A stretch of DNA of 64,000 bases, from the NCBI GenBank assembly GCA_003224055.1, contig QHYE01000060.1, forward strand, positions 739 through 64,738, read 5' to 3'. Positions 1-12,115 of the stretch are shown here, in pieces (position 1 is the first letter of the stretch; every line of letters begins with the position of its first letter). The stretch comes from Acidobacteriota bacterium. Lineage in GTDB: Bacteria > Acidobacteriota > Terriglobia > Acidiferrales > UBA7541. The notes under the pieces were generated by a model that had not been told where the DNA came from, searched no databases, and saw only the letters and a list, made by a program, of their open reading frames with translations. The position numbers and the translations under genes were made by a program.

Positions 1-2358
1 CACGGTGAGCATCAGTGTCACCAGCGAGTCTTTGATTTGCTCGTTTTCAAGTTCTTCGAGATTCTGCGTGGTGATTTTGTGTTCCTTGGCGATGATCTCG
101 AAGTCCGGCTGGACGGCGTCCATGCTGACGACGTAATCGTCTTTGTCGAGGTCCATGCCATTCACCCCACCGGCGTTGCGGCCCATCGGACGCACTTCCG
201 TTTCGCGGAACAGAATCGCCTGGCCTTCGTGGCTGGCCAGGAAAATCATTTTCTTGCCGTCGGTGAGTTTCGCGCCGATGAGTTCGTCCTTGCCGTCCAA
301 GGTGATGGCGATGATGCCAGTGGACCGCGGGTTGGAGAATTCCGTCAGCGTGGACTTTTTAACCGTGCCGCTCTTCGTAGCCATGAAAACGAATTTGTCC
401 GCTTCTTCCAGGCTGCGCGCCGCGACCAGCGCGGTCAGTTTTTCGTCTTCCTGGAATTTCACGAGGCTCGAAATGGCTTTTCCGCGGGTGGCCGCCGCCG
501 CTTCCGGCAATTCATAGACCTTCAGCCAGTAGACGCGGCCCTTGGACGTGAACAGCAGGATGTAGCTATGCGCCGAGGCGATGAACAGATACTCAACGAA
601 ATCTTCTTCCTTTGTCTTCGCGCCGATGCGGCCCTTGCCCCCGCGCGATTGGTGGCGATACGTGTCCGCAGCCGTGCGCTTGATATAGCCCGCATGGCTC
701 ACGGTTATCAGCATCTCGGTGTCAGCAATCAGGTCTTCCAGCTTGATTTCGTCGACCTTGTCGACAATCTGCGTGCGGCGGTCGTCGCCGTAGGCTTTGT
801 GCACTTCGCGCAGCTCCGCGGTGATGACCTGCTTGAGTTTCTTGTCGCTCGCCAGAATCTCGCGCAACTCGGCGATCAATTCACGGATGGACTTCAATTC
901 CTTGAGGATTTCGTCGATGGAGAGCTGCGTCAGCCGGTGCAGTTGTAATTCCAGGATGGCGTCGATCTGCGCATAACTGAGGCCAAGCGCGTTTCCGCGA
1001 CCTGCCGCTTCGATTTCCGGCGCTCCCAGCGCGCGGTACTTCCGGCCGTCTAACTTGACACCCTCGAGTTTCCTCGACTTTCCGTTTTCCGTGATGGTGA
1101 CGTCCTGTTCGCTGAAGTACTTGAACAGGTTTTCCTTGGCGTCCACACGGCTGGAAGAACCGCGAATAATCCGGATTACGTTGTCGAGATGATCTAGGGC
1201 GATTTGATAGCCGAGCAAAATGTGCTCGCGCTGTTCGGCTCTCTTCAGCTCGAAAATCGTCCGGCGGCGGATCACGTCGATGCGGTGCTCGATGAAGAGC
1301 TTGATCATGGGGATCAAGCCCAGCTCGCGCGGCTGCCCGCCGACAATGGAGAGCAGAATCATGCCGAAGGATTCCTGCATCTGAGTGTGCTTGAAAAGAT
1401 TGTTGAGGATGAGCTGCGACTCTTCGCTGCGCTTCAGCTCGATGACGATGCGCATGCCCTCGCGTGAAGATTCGTCGCGCACGTCGGAAATGCCTTCGAG
1501 CTTCTTGGTTTGGACCAGCTCGGCGATGCGCTCGATCAGCCGCGCTTTATTCACCTGGTACGGAATTTCCGTGATGATGATGCTTTCGCGGTCTTTGGTG
1601 GTCTCTTCGATGGCGGCCTTGGCGCGCATGGTGAAGCTGCCGCGGCCCGTCTTGTATGCAGCTTCGATGCCTTCGCGGCCCGCGATGTACGCCCCGGTCG
1701 GGAAGTCCGGGCCTGGAACGATTTTCATTATTTCTTTCAGCGTCGCATCGGGCTTTTCGATCAGCAGAATCGCGGCGTCCACGATCTCGCGCAGATTATG
1801 CGGCGGGATGTTCGTGGCCATGCCGACAGCGATGCCGCTCGCGCCATTGATCAGCAGATTCGGGATGCGCGAGGGCAGGACGACGGGCTCTTCGCGCGTC
1901 TGATCGAAGTTCGGAATAAAATCGACCGTTTCTTTTTCCAGGTCAGCGAGAATGTCTTCCGAAATTTTTGCTAGCCGTGCTTCGGTGTACCGCATGGCCG
2001 CCGGCGGATCGCCGTCAACGGATCCGAAGTTTCCCTGCCCATCGACCAACGGGTAGCGCATGTTGAAGTCTTGCGCGAGACGTACCATCGCGGGATAAAT
2101 CACCGCTTCGCCGTGCGGGTGGTAGTTGCCAGAAGTGTCGCCGCAAATCTTGGCGCATTTGCGGTAGCCGCGGTTCGAAGCGAGGCCGAGGTCGTTCATG
2201 GCCACCAGGATGCGGCGCTGCACCGGCTTCAACCCGTCGCGCACGTCGGGCAGCGCGCGCGCGATGATCACGCTCATCGCATAGTCGAGATACGACTTGC
2301 GCATCTCCGCTTCGATATCGATCGGAAGCAGTACTGATGTATTTGTTTCGTCCGCCAT
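1..2358 (-). CDS. gyrA: DNA gyrase subunit A; N-terminus complete, C-terminal end runs off the window
   Basis: Not in the ORF track because it is open to nt 1. My reverse translation from the ATG at 2358-2356 reads [54 protein letters not shown]...[58 protein letters not shown], the canonical GyrA N-terminal/QRDR block. The frame stays open to nt 1. Confidence 0.97.
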   Translation of the reverse strand, partial: MADETNTSVLLPIDIEAEMRKSYLDYAMSVIIARALPDVRDGLKPVQRRILVAMNDLGLASNRGYRKCAKICGDTSGNYHPHGEAVIYPAMVRLAQDFNMRYPLVDGQGNFGSVDGDPPAAMRYTEARLAKISEDILADLEKETVDFIPNFDQTREEPVVLPSRIPNLLINGASGIAVGMATNIPPHNLREIVDAAILLIEKPDATLKEIMKIVPGPDFPTGAYIAGREGIEAAYKTGRGSFTMRAKAAIEETTKDRESIIITEIPYQVNKARLIERIAELVQTKKLEGISDVRDESSREGMRIVIELKRSEESQLILNNLFKHTQMQESFGMILLSIVGGQPRELGLIPMIKLFIEHRIDVIRRRTIFELKRAEQREHILLGYQIALDHLDNVIRIIRGSSSRVDAKENLFKYFSEQDVTITENGKSRKLEGVKLDGRKYRALGAPEIEAAGRGNALGLSYAQIDAILELQLHRLTQLSIDEILKELKSIRELIAELREILASDKKLKQVITAELREVHKAYGDDRRTQIVDKVDEIKLEDLIADTEMLITVSHAGYIKRTAADTYRHQSRGGKGRIGAKTKEEDFVEYLFIASAHSYILLFTSKGRVYWLKVYELPEAAAATRGKAISSLVKFQEDEKLTALVAARSLEEADKFVFMATKSGTVKKSTLTEFSNPRSTGIIAITLDGKDELIGAKLTDGKKMIFLASHEGQAILFRETEVRPMGRNAGGVNGMDLDKDDYVVSMDAVQPDFEIIAKEHKITTQNLEELENEQIKDSLVTLMLTV

Positions 2359-2445
2359 TTCCCCTCGCTCCATTGCCCCTTCAGGGGCCGAAACTCTGCT
2401 TTGGCAAACCTTGCCGAGTTACCGTACTTTCGCTAGCATCTGCTT

Positions 2446-2660
2446 ATGACCTACCGCTTCTCAGCACTCATCACAAAAGAAGACGGCTGGTACGTGGCTC
2501 GATGCCCCGAGCTGAACGTGACCTCCCAGGGCAAGATGTTGAGAGCGCTCGTGCCAACCTCGGCGAAGCCATCGAGCTTTACCTCGAAACATGGGGCCTC
2601 CCTGAAGAAGGGCCAACCGAAGACCCGTCGTTCTGGACGACCGTCGAAGTCTCGCATTGA
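2446..2660 (+). pseudogene. hicB: HicB-family antitoxin interrupted by a 1-nt frameshift near 2531-2537
   Basis: The frame of ORF 2446 gives MTYRFSALITKEDGWYVARCPELNVTSQGK, a HicB/UPF0150-like N-terminus. The matching C-terminus DVESARANLGEAIELYLETWGLPEEGPTEDPSFWTTVEVSH-stop lies in the frame of ORF 2337..2660. The 215-nt span is not a multiple of 3. Confidence 0.8.
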
Positions 2661-2661
2661 C

Positions 2662-2880
2662 ATGCCCAAGCTGCCGAGCGTCTCGGGCGAGCGCGTCGTT
2701 CGCGCCTTGAAGCGCGCCGGATTCTCCGAGTTGCGGCAAAAGGGCAGTCATGTTTCCTTAGAAAAACGCACCGTGGATCAGGTCTTCAAGACCGTTGTCC
2801 CGGTGCATTCCCAACTTGCCAAAGGCACTCTCGCGGACATCCTCAAGCAATGTGGCCTCAAACTTGAAGAATTCCTCTAG
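2662..2880 (+). CDS. hicA: HicA-family mRNA interferase toxin
   Basis: The ATG at 2662 lies 1 nt after the hicB TGA. MPKLPSVSGERVVRALKRAGFSELRQKGSHVSLEKR...VPVHSQLAKGTLADILKQCGLKLEEFL matches the HicA/YcfA pattern. Confidence 0.88.
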   Translation: MPKLPSVSGERVVRALKRAGFSELRQKGSHVSLEKRTVDQVFKTVVPVHSQLAKGTLADILKQCGLKLEEFL

Positions 2881-2892
2881 TTTCTATAAGAA

Positions 2893-3141
2893 TTATCTCT
2901 TGGCGACTTGCTCCAACACGTAAGCCTTTACCGTGTCGAAGGCATCCGCTGTATTTGTAAAGCGCCGAACCGCAAAATACTCTTCGAGCTGCCGCAAGAA
3001 CGCATCGCGCTCAGCATCACTTGCAAACTCAATCGCCACGCCTCGTTCGTTGTCCGGCGCAGTTGTCGGCGTCGCGCGAAATTCGCTCACGCTCAGTCCG
3101 CGCAGCCCGGGCAACGTCGCCCATCCCAGTTGATAGATCAC
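2893..3141 (-). CDS. hypothetical 82-aa protein
   Basis: ORF with balanced composition (MIYQLGWATLPGLRGL...AERDAFLRQLEEYFAV...). Its GTG start overlaps the stop of the upstream ORF (GTGA at 3138-3141). The overlapping plus-strand ORFs are Arg-rich junk. Confidence 0.5.
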   Translation of the reverse strand: MIYQLGWATLPGLRGLSVSEFRATPTTAPDNERGVAIEFASDAERDAFLRQLEEYFAVRRFTNTADAFDTVKAYVLEQVAKR

Positions 3142-3410
3142 GGCTGGCTCTTGCCACGTGGCCGCAAAACAAAAAAAACAGCCAGGCCGATGGCCGTGAC
3201 AATCAACAAGCCGATCGATTCCACAAGCAAGAAAGTCCGCCAGCCTTCTGCGCCCGAAGAGTCACCGAGGCGCAAGGCCTCCCGCCAATTTCGAAAATAG
3301 TGGGCCAGCCTCGGCAAACGAAAACCGATGGTGGCCGTTGCCGCCAGCAGCAAGCCCCAGCGGATAGCGTTGCGAATGGAACCAGCATCCGTGTTGGCTT
3401 GCGCCGCCAC
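3138..3410 (-). CDS. hypothetical small membrane protein (two hydrophobic helices)
   Basis: A GTG start lies 3 nt after the gyrB stop. Hydrophobic stretches WGLLLAATATIGF and LLVESIGLLIVTAIGLAVFFVL. Translationally coupled to the next ORF. Confidence 0.5.
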   Translation of the reverse strand: MAAQANTDAGSIRNAIRWGLLLAATATIGFRLPRLAHYFRNWREALRLGDSSGAEGWRTFLLVESIGLLIVTAIGLAVFFVLRPRGKSQP

Positions 3411-3413
3411 GCG

Positions 3414-6113
<2,700 letters not shown>

Positions 6114-6176
6114 TCACATCTGCCTGGCGGACGTGTCGATTTGAAGGGCACCGAAACTCTAATCGACAGCCTCTAG

Positions 6177-6205
6177 AGTGTACCCGATCTCATCCTTTTT
6201 CTCAA
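6177..6205 (-). promoter_or_regulatory. candidate sigma70-type promoter for gyrB
   Basis: Minus strand reads TTGAGA (6205-6200), a 17-nt spacer, then TACACT (6182-6177). This would give a leader of roughly 345 nt to the gyrB ATG. Confidence 0.35.
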
Positions 6206-6280
6206 GACTTGGACACTCTTTTATGTCGCGATAACCGCTTCATTTACATGTGCTTAGGGAGTGGCCTACCTCGCTGGATG

Positions 6281-6318
6281 GAAAAGAAAAAAGGCGCCCA
6301 AGTGAGCACCTTTTTCAC
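6281..6318 (-). terminator. intrinsic terminator after dnaN (possibly bidirectional)
   Basis: Minus strand reads GGTGCTC-ACTT-GGGCGCC, a 7-bp stem with two G-U pairs and a tetraloop, followed by TTTTTTCTTTTC. An A-tract lies on the other side. Confidence 0.6.
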
Positions 6319-6343
6319 AGAGAAAGTAGTGCTTCGCGACCTG

Positions 6344-7456
6344 TCAGATGCGCATGGGCATGATGATGTAGCGGTAGCGGTAAGACTCGTCGGCGAGCGG
6401 ACGCATCTGGCCGGCGGATTGTTCGTCCTTCAGCTCGATGCTGATCGGCCCATCGGCGGCGGCGGCGAGAAAATCTAGCATGTAGCTGGAATTGAAGCCG
6501 ATGGCGATGGGATCACCCTTGTAATCTTTCTCGATATTTTCCTTGGCTTCGCCGTACTCCGGGCTCGAGGCGGAGATCTCGATGCCTTCTTTTGAAACAG
6601 CCAGCTTCACGGCGTGCGAACGCTGGTCGGAAAGTTGCGAGACGCGGCGCACAGCGTCGCTCAATTCGGCGCGCTCGATAACCACGCTCTTGTTGTTGTC
6701 ACGCGGCAACACCGCTTCGTAATTCGGAAATTGTCCAGTGAGAATGCGCGAAATCAACAAGCGATGGCCCACTTGGAAGAAGAGATGGCTTTCGTCTTTC
6801 GCAAACTCGATGTGCGCATCGGAACCGGCAGCGCTGGACAGCTTTTCAACTTCATCCATCGCTTTCTTGGGAATAAGCACCTTTACTTCGCCATTCAGTC
6901 CTGCGAGTTTGTGATCCGTCTCGGCAAGCGCCAGCCGATGGCCATCCGTCGCCACCATGGCTAACGTGTCTGGTTTCAGAATCAGAAGACCACCATTCAG
7001 CGTATAGCGCGACTCTTCCATGGAGATGGCAAATTTGGTTTTACCAATCAGGTTCTCAAGAATCGGAGCGGGGATTTTCACTAGTGTGTGAGGCATTGCC
7101 GGCAGCGCGGGAAAATTTTCCTTGGCCATGCCCACGAGCTTGTATTTCTTCCTGTCGCTGACGATCTCCACCCAGTGATTCTCAAGGAGCTTGACCTTAA
7201 TCTCGCCTTCGGGCAGCAAACGAACGAGCTCCAGTAGTTTCTTTGCAGGAATGGTTCCCGCGCCCTCTTTCTTGATCTTGGCCTCGCAAGACGTTCGAAT
7301 GCTTAGTTCGAGGTCCGTCGCCGTGATCGTCAGGCTACTTCCTTTAGCCTCAACCAGGAGATTCGAAAGAATGGGAATGGTCGTCTTACGCTCGACGACG
7401 CCTTGGGTTGTGCTGAGCTCATTTAGTAGCGCGGACTTTGTGACGCTGAATTCCAT
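6344..7456 (-). CDS. dnaN: DNA polymerase III beta sliding clamp
   Basis: MEFSVTKSALLNELSTTQGVVERKTTIPILSNLLVEAKGSSLTITATDLELSI...MPMRI. The ATG at 7456 fits the usual DnaN N-terminus; the track ORF begins 13 codons earlier at 7495. Confidence 0.95.
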   Translation of the reverse strand: MEFSVTKSALLNELSTTQGVVERKTTIPILSNLLVEAKGSSLTITATDLELSIRTSCEAKIKKEGAGTIPAKKLLELVRLLPEGEIKVKLLENHWVEIVSDRKKYKLVGMAKENFPALPAMPHTLVKIPAPILENLIGKTKFAISMEESRYTLNGGLLILKPDTLAMVATDGHRLALAETDHKLAGLNGEVKVLIPKKAMDEVEKLSSAAGSDAHIEFAKDESHLFFQVGHRLLISRILTGQFPNYEAVLPRDNNKSVVIERAELSDAVRRVSQLSDQRSHAVKLAVSKEGIEISASSPEYGEAKENIEKDYKGDPIAIGFNSSYMLDFLAAAADGPISIELKDEQSAGQMRPLADESYRYRYIIMPMRI

Positions 7457-8058
7457 CGCTTCATGTTCCTCGCGTGCCGTTCCAGGTGCGGTCATTGTGA
7501 CTTTGTCCTCAGTCAGGGCGGGGGCGCGCCCTATCTTGCTTGAAATCTACCGCTGCCGTACTGTACTCGCTTTTTGCCAAAGTATAAAGTCCGCTTATTG
7601 ACTATCCATTGTGGAAATCAGTGGGAAACACACTTTCACCCCCTTTCGAATTGATATGAAATTCTCTCACCCCCAAAAACCATAACTACAATCACAACAA
7701 AGAGAGTGTTTCAATTTATAAATCTATAAGGCTTGTTGTTGTGATGAGCGCTGTGAATCTGTGGAAAGCCCACTAACTTCCATCACCTCCATTCTTTCGC
7801 GCACTCCTATTCCCGCGCACGCTTTGTGGAAACCCCGGAAATCTTCGCTCTTTTACTTAGTTTTACACCAAGGCGTCTCGATCCATACACGCCCATCCAC
7901 AAAAATTCCACAACTTCCGCAGAGCTTCTCCATAAGGCAAAAACTCCGGGATTCGCTAATGAGGTGGAAGTGCACATCGAGCGGCAAGAGAAAATATTTC
8001 ATATCGTGCGATAGGCCAGTAGGGATGCAGAAGAAGGAGAGAGGGAAAAGCAGGTGAA
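7457..8058. other. candidate oriC in the dnaA-dnaN spacer
   Basis: 602-bp non-coding spacer. DnaA-box-like 9-mers (7 of 9 to TTATCCACA or its complement) are TGTGGAAAT 7610-7618, TGTGGAAAG 7760-7768 and TGTGGAAAC 7825-7833. In the opposite orientation are CCATCCACA 7893-7901 (7/9) and the weaker AATTCCACA 7904-7912 (6/9). An A/T-rich stretch lies between them. Confidence 0.7.
7645..7735. other. A/T-rich stretch, candidate DNA-unwinding element
   Basis: cgaattgatatgaaattctc ... gtgtttcaatttataaatctataag (core 7706-7730) is visibly the most A/T-rich segment of the spacer. It sits between DnaA-box copies. Confidence 0.45.
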
Positions 8059-9417
8059 CTACTGCAACGCGTCCAACAAACGAGTAATCGTCCGGTTCAA
8101 ATCCTTGTCGGACCGCCGCATCTCCTCGATCTTGTTGATCGAGTGCAGCACGGTCGTATGATGCTTGCCGCCGAACTGCCGGCCGATCTCTGGCAGCGAG
8201 GCGGTCGTGAGTTGCTTCACGATATACATCGCCACCTGCCGCGGGAAGGCGATCGCCCGCGTATTGCTACGGACCTTCAAGTCCTGTTCGCGCAGGTTAA
8301 AATGCTCGCTCACGCGCTTCTGGATGAGATCAATCGTGACGCGTTTTTCCTGTGAAGCGATGATGTTCCGCAACACCTGCTGCGCCGTCGAAAGCGAGAT
8401 CGTGGCGCCGGTTAGCGAAGCATAAGCCATCAGCCGCGTCAGTGCGCCTTCCAGCTCGCGCACGTTGGATTTGATGGCCCTCGCAATGTATTCCGCCACA
8501 TCGTCCGGCAAACCGAAGCGGTCGTTCTCCGCTTTCTTCTGTAGAATCGCGATTTTGGTCTCCAGGTCTGGCGCCTGGATATCGGCGATCAATCCCCATT
8601 CGAACCGCGAACGCAGCCGCTCCTCGATGGAGTTGATGTCCTTTGGCAGGCAGTCCGAGGAGATCACGATCTGTTTCTGCTGCTCGTAGAGCGCATTGAA
8701 CGTGTGAAAAAACTCTTCCTGCGTCCGCTCTTTTCCGGCAATGAACTGAATGTCATCCACCAGCAGGACATCCACCGTGTGGAAGCGGTCCCGGAAGCTG
8801 ATCATGCGGTCAAAGCGCAGGGAATTGATCACTTCGATCGTGAATTTCTCCGCGCTGACGTAACTGAGCCGCATCGCGGGATTGCGTTTCTTGATCGTGT
8901 GTCCGATGGCATGCATCAAATGCGTCTTGCCCATGCCCACGCCGCCGTAAAGGAAGAGCGGGTTGTAAGCTTTCGAAGGCTGCTCCGCCACAGCGCGCGC
9001 CGCAGCATGCGCGAATTCGTTGGACTTTCCGACGACAAAGGAATCGAACGTATAGCGCGTGTTCAGTTGATGGTCGCTGCTCTCAAAATCCAGCTTGGCC
9101 TGCTTCCCTCCGGAGACGACCGGCGCGGCATGCACCGGCTCTTCTTCGGTGCAGACGTACTGCACCTTTACGCTGGGGGTGCCAAGCTCGTGAAAGACGG
9201 CCTTCACGATTTCGCCGTATGTGCGCGTCAGCACCTGCCGGAATACGGCGCTGGGAATCTGTACAAAGAGGGTTTCGCCCTCGGCGCGGTTCAACCGCGT
9301 GGGCTGGAACCAGGTCGTGTAGGTATTCGTGCTGACCCGGGACTTCACCCGCTCGAGGAATTTTTCCCAGGCATTGGCTGTTTCGCGCTCCCGCCCAGTT
9401 TGAGTTGCAGTTGTCAT
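8059..9417 (-). CDS. dnaA: chromosomal replication initiator DnaA
   Basis: MTTATQTGRERETANAWEKFLERVK...LFLYGGVGMGKTHLMHAIGH (Walker A)...VDVLLVDDIQFIAGKERTQEEFFHTFN...GGKHHTTVLHSINKI. I chose the ATG at 9417 because the 81 upstream codons of the track ORF run across DnaA boxes. Confidence 0.96.
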   Translation of the reverse strand: MTTATQTGRERETANAWEKFLERVKSRVSTNTYTTWFQPTRLNRAEGETLFVQIPSAVFRQVLTRTYGEIVKAVFHELGTPSVKVQYVCTEEEPVHAAPVVSGGKQAKLDFESSDHQLNTRYTFDSFVVGKSNEFAHAAARAVAEQPSKAYNPLFLYGGVGMGKTHLMHAIGHTIKKRNPAMRLSYVSAEKFTIEVINSLRFDRMISFRDRFHTVDVLLVDDIQFIAGKERTQEEFFHTFNALYEQQKQIVISSDCLPKDINSIEERLRSRFEWGLIADIQAPDLETKIAILQKKAENDRFGLPDDVAEYIARAIKSNVRELEGALTRLMAYASLTGATISLSTAQQVLRNIIASQEKRVTIDLIQKRVSEHFNLREQDLKVRSNTRAIAFPRQVAMYIVKQLTTASLPEIGRQFGGKHHTTVLHSINKIEEMRRSDKDLNRTITRLLDALQ

Positions 9418-9442
9418 CGGAGAGAAAAGAAAACCCTCTGCT

Positions 9443-9473
9443 ATTTCCACAGATGTGAAAAAGCTGTGGAAAG
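9443..9473. promoter_or_regulatory. inverted pair of DnaA boxes upstream of dnaA
   Basis: ATTTCCACAG (9443-9452) and CTGTGGAAAG (9464-9473) form 9-bp inverted arms with an 11-nt spacer, 26 nt upstream of the dnaA ATG. This layout is classic for DnaA autoregulation. Confidence 0.6.
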
Positions 9474-9684
9474 CATTCTTATCTGCGTCTTTCTTCAGGC
9501 TTCGGGATTCTGCCCGTGCCGGAACGCTGTGCTTTGCCCCTGTCGCTCCGTGCACGGCCCGTCCGGGATTGCCGGCCCATGTACCGCCGCTATGAGACAG
9601 CGCGGGATTGTCTCTGATTGGCGCGTAGGGAGCAAGCGAAAAGTGTGCGAAGAGATGCACCGCCGTTCACACACCATGCACAGC

Positions 9685-9693
9685 TTTTCCACA
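9685..9693 (+). promoter_or_regulatory. additional DnaA-box-like site
   Basis: TTTTCCACA. Weaker relatives are TGTATCCGCA (9720-9729) and ATATTCCAC (9741-9749). Confidence 0.4.
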
Positions 9694-9817
9694 TGCGCAC
9701 TCTTTGTGCAATTCCTCACTGTATCCGCAATTTTCGCGGCATATTCCACTTAAATTTGACGCTGAGAACATTCCTTGCACAGGTTTCATGCAACTGAGCC
9801 TGAGGAAAACATATTTT

Positions 9818-10834
9818 TTATTGGGCTTTTTTGTCGGGCCGGCTGAATTCGTAAATTCCCAGCGGGTCTTCTCCGATGAGCAGCCGGTCCGGCTCGACGA
9901 GAATGGTGTTGGCTTCTAGCCGCGCACCCTGTGGGGTGTAGATCTTGTAGCTCGCGCGCCGGTTTCCTTCCTTATCAAAGCGCAGGAGCGTGTTATTCAA
10001 GGCGATCCACACTTCACCGTTCGAACGATCAACCCCCACCGCCGTGAGGATGCGTTTCAGCGAAGGGGGATCGCCGCGGCGCTCCTGCCGCTCGATTTCC
10101 TTGCGCGTAGCCTGCGCGGCGGGCCAGGCGTCAAGCGCCGTATATTGAATATCTTGCCGCGCATAGCCAAGCCGGTCGAATTGCCTCACCGTGGGCTCCG
10201 GCAAATACGCAAAGGCATAGTAGAGATGGCCCTGGCCGTCGGTGGCCATCTCCCCGATATTGAGGTAGCGATTCAGATCCGGACGTTCAGCAATCGGCTC
10301 CGGCTCGCCAAACTCCCTCACGTCTCGTCCGTTCTTGTCGAAAACGATCACCAAGTTCGGTTCGCGGAGTGTGCCCACCGCGACCTCGCCTTCCGGCAGA
10401 GCAGCCACCGCGACCGGAGCCTTCACGGGAATCGAACGAAGAAGCGTGCCCTCGGGCGAGAAAACCTGGACGAGGTTCGCGCCGCGATCTGCCACATAAA
10501 TCTTACCCTGGGCGTCCGCGTCGCAATCCTCGCCGAAAGTGATCGGCGGATGATCCCCCTTGGATGCCGTTGAACCCGGCGCAAGTTCAGCGATGCTCAG
10601 TACCTGCTTGCCCGCCGCATCAAACACCACCAATCCCGGCGAAGGCGACGCCAAAATATGTAGCCGCCCATCACCCCCACGCTTCACCGTGCGCAGCCCC
10701 GGCCCGATACCCGGAAAGACCCTGCGCTGAGCCGTCAGCTCGCCTTCCTCCTGAGCCAGGACCCTCCCGGCCAGGCACGCCAGCAGACACAGCACCGCAA
10801 CAATTTTCACGATCGGCCCCACCCTCTTTTTCAT
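9818..10834 (-). CDS. secreted NHL-repeat beta-propeller protein
   Basis: Signal peptide MKKRVGPIVKIVAVLCLLACLAGRVLAQ. NHL-like repeats, for example GKIYVADRGANLVQVFSPEGTLLRSI and NLVIVFDKNGRDVREFG. Confidence 0.8.
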   Translation of the reverse strand: MKKRVGPIVKIVAVLCLLACLAGRVLAQEEGELTAQRRVFPGIGPGLRTVKRGGDGRLHILASPSPGLVVFDAAGKQVLSIAELAPGSTASKGDHPPITFGEDCDADAQGKIYVADRGANLVQVFSPEGTLLRSIPVKAPVAVAALPEGEVAVGTLREPNLVIVFDKNGRDVREFGEPEPIAERPDLNRYLNIGEMATDGQGHLYYAFAYLPEPTVRQFDRLGYARQDIQYTALDAWPAAQATRKEIERQERRGDPPSLKRILTAVGVDRSNGEVWIALNNTLLRFDKEGNRRASYKIYTPQGARLEANTILVEPDRLLIGEDPLGIYEFSRPDKKAQ

Positions 10835-10897
10835 GAAAGCTCAGATTACTACGGACGCACGCAGGTTGCCCTGCGTTGCACGTCGGGCTCGTACAGA

Positions 10898-11701
10898 TTA
10901 GTCAACGCCGAGGCGCAATCGCTCAATGGAGCGCGCGCGGAGGCGGCCTAGGGCATTGCGCGGGCCTTCATCGTCGGTTTCGATCAGGATGCAGTTCATC
11001 TGCACGTCGCCGGTGGCGACCTCGAATCGGGCCGGCAAACCGTTCAGGAATTTCGCGATGATGCCGTTGCGGTCCATGCCGATCACGCCGCCGTGGGGCC
11101 CGGTCATGCCAACGTCCGTGATGTAGGCCGTGCCTTCCGGAAAAACGTGCTCGTCCGCCGTCGCAACATGCGTGTGCGTGCCCACCACCGCGCTGACGCG
11201 CCCATCGAGATACCAGCCCATCGCCAGTTTCTCGCTGCTGGCTTCCGCGTGCATGTCCACCAGAACGAAAGCAACGTCTTCCGGAATTTTCGCCAGCTCG
11301 CTGTCCGCCTTTCGAAACGGATCATCAATCGGCGTCATGAACACGCGTCCCTGTAAATTCAGCACAGCAAATTTCACGCCGTTCTTCGCCGTTCCAATGT
11401 AGAGCCCGCTTCCCGGATTGCCCTCCGGGAAATTCGCCGGCCTCAACAGCCGCGGTTCGTGCGGCAGGAATTCCAGGATTTCTTTGCGGTCCCAGCTGTG
11501 ATTTCCCCCGGAAATCACGGCAATCCCCAGGTTCAGCAGCTCTTCCGCGAGCCGCGGTGTGATCCCGAACCCCGACGCCGAATTTTCGCCGTTGGCGATC
11601 ACCAGGTCGACCTGCCGCTGCGCGACGATGTCCGCCAGTCGGTCGCGAACGATCTGCCGTCCCGGCGACCCTACGATGTCCCCTACAAAAAGTACGCGCA
11701 T
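10898..11701 (-). CDS. ymdB: YmdB-family metallophosphoesterase (2',3'-cyclic-nucleotide phosphodiesterase-like)
   Basis: MRVLFVGDIVGSPGR...DLVIANGENSASGFGIT...ISGGNHSWD...VLVDMHAEASSEK...VVGTHTHVATAD...TDVGMTGP. ATG at 11701; the upstream extension in the track ORF has no similarity. Confidence 0.88.
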   Translation of the reverse strand: MRVLFVGDIVGSPGRQIVRDRLADIVAQRQVDLVIANGENSASGFGITPRLAEELLNLGIAVISGGNHSWDRKEILEFLPHEPRLLRPANFPEGNPGSGLYIGTAKNGVKFAVLNLQGRVFMTPIDDPFRKADSELAKIPEDVAFVLVDMHAEASSEKLAMGWYLDGRVSAVVGTHTHVATADEHVFPEGTAYITDVGMTGPHGGVIGMDRNGIIAKFLNGLPARFEVATGDVQMNCILIETDDEGPRNALGRLRARSIERLRLGVD

Positions 11702-12115
11702 GTTCCTGGTGACTTTTGTGCCTCGGCCGAGTCGCAGAAGGAGGCCGCATAGCTCTCCTCGGCGGAACTTACCTGATAGAGAAATGGAGCGGACTGCTAG
11801 GCCGTGGGGCGCTAGGCCGTGAACCTCTGAAATAGTAGGGCGCCACGAGCCAACCGTTAGGCTTTCCTGCCCCGCTCGCGTGTCGTCCTCCTCCCTACCG
11901 GAAGAGACGCGCCAGCGGGACAGGCCGTGCACACGGGCTGTCTATCCGCAGCACCTCAGAGATTCGTCATTGGTTCAAACAGCTTTCGCACCCTCACTTG
12001 CTTCGAAGTACCGCTCCGCCTCCATTGTAGCCTCCGCGCAGATGCCGCGTCCAACCGCCGCCCAGTTCCGCAGTCAAAGGATTAGCTCCGCCAAAGACCG
12101 AAGTCGGAGTTAGAA

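Noticed and set aside
2446-2880. The 144-aa ORF as a genuine single protein.
   Set aside because: It is a chimera: a HicB N-terminus, then out-of-frame filler, then a complete HicA that has its own ATG. The missing HicB C-terminus is readable in the adjacent frame, so a frameshift is the simpler explanation.
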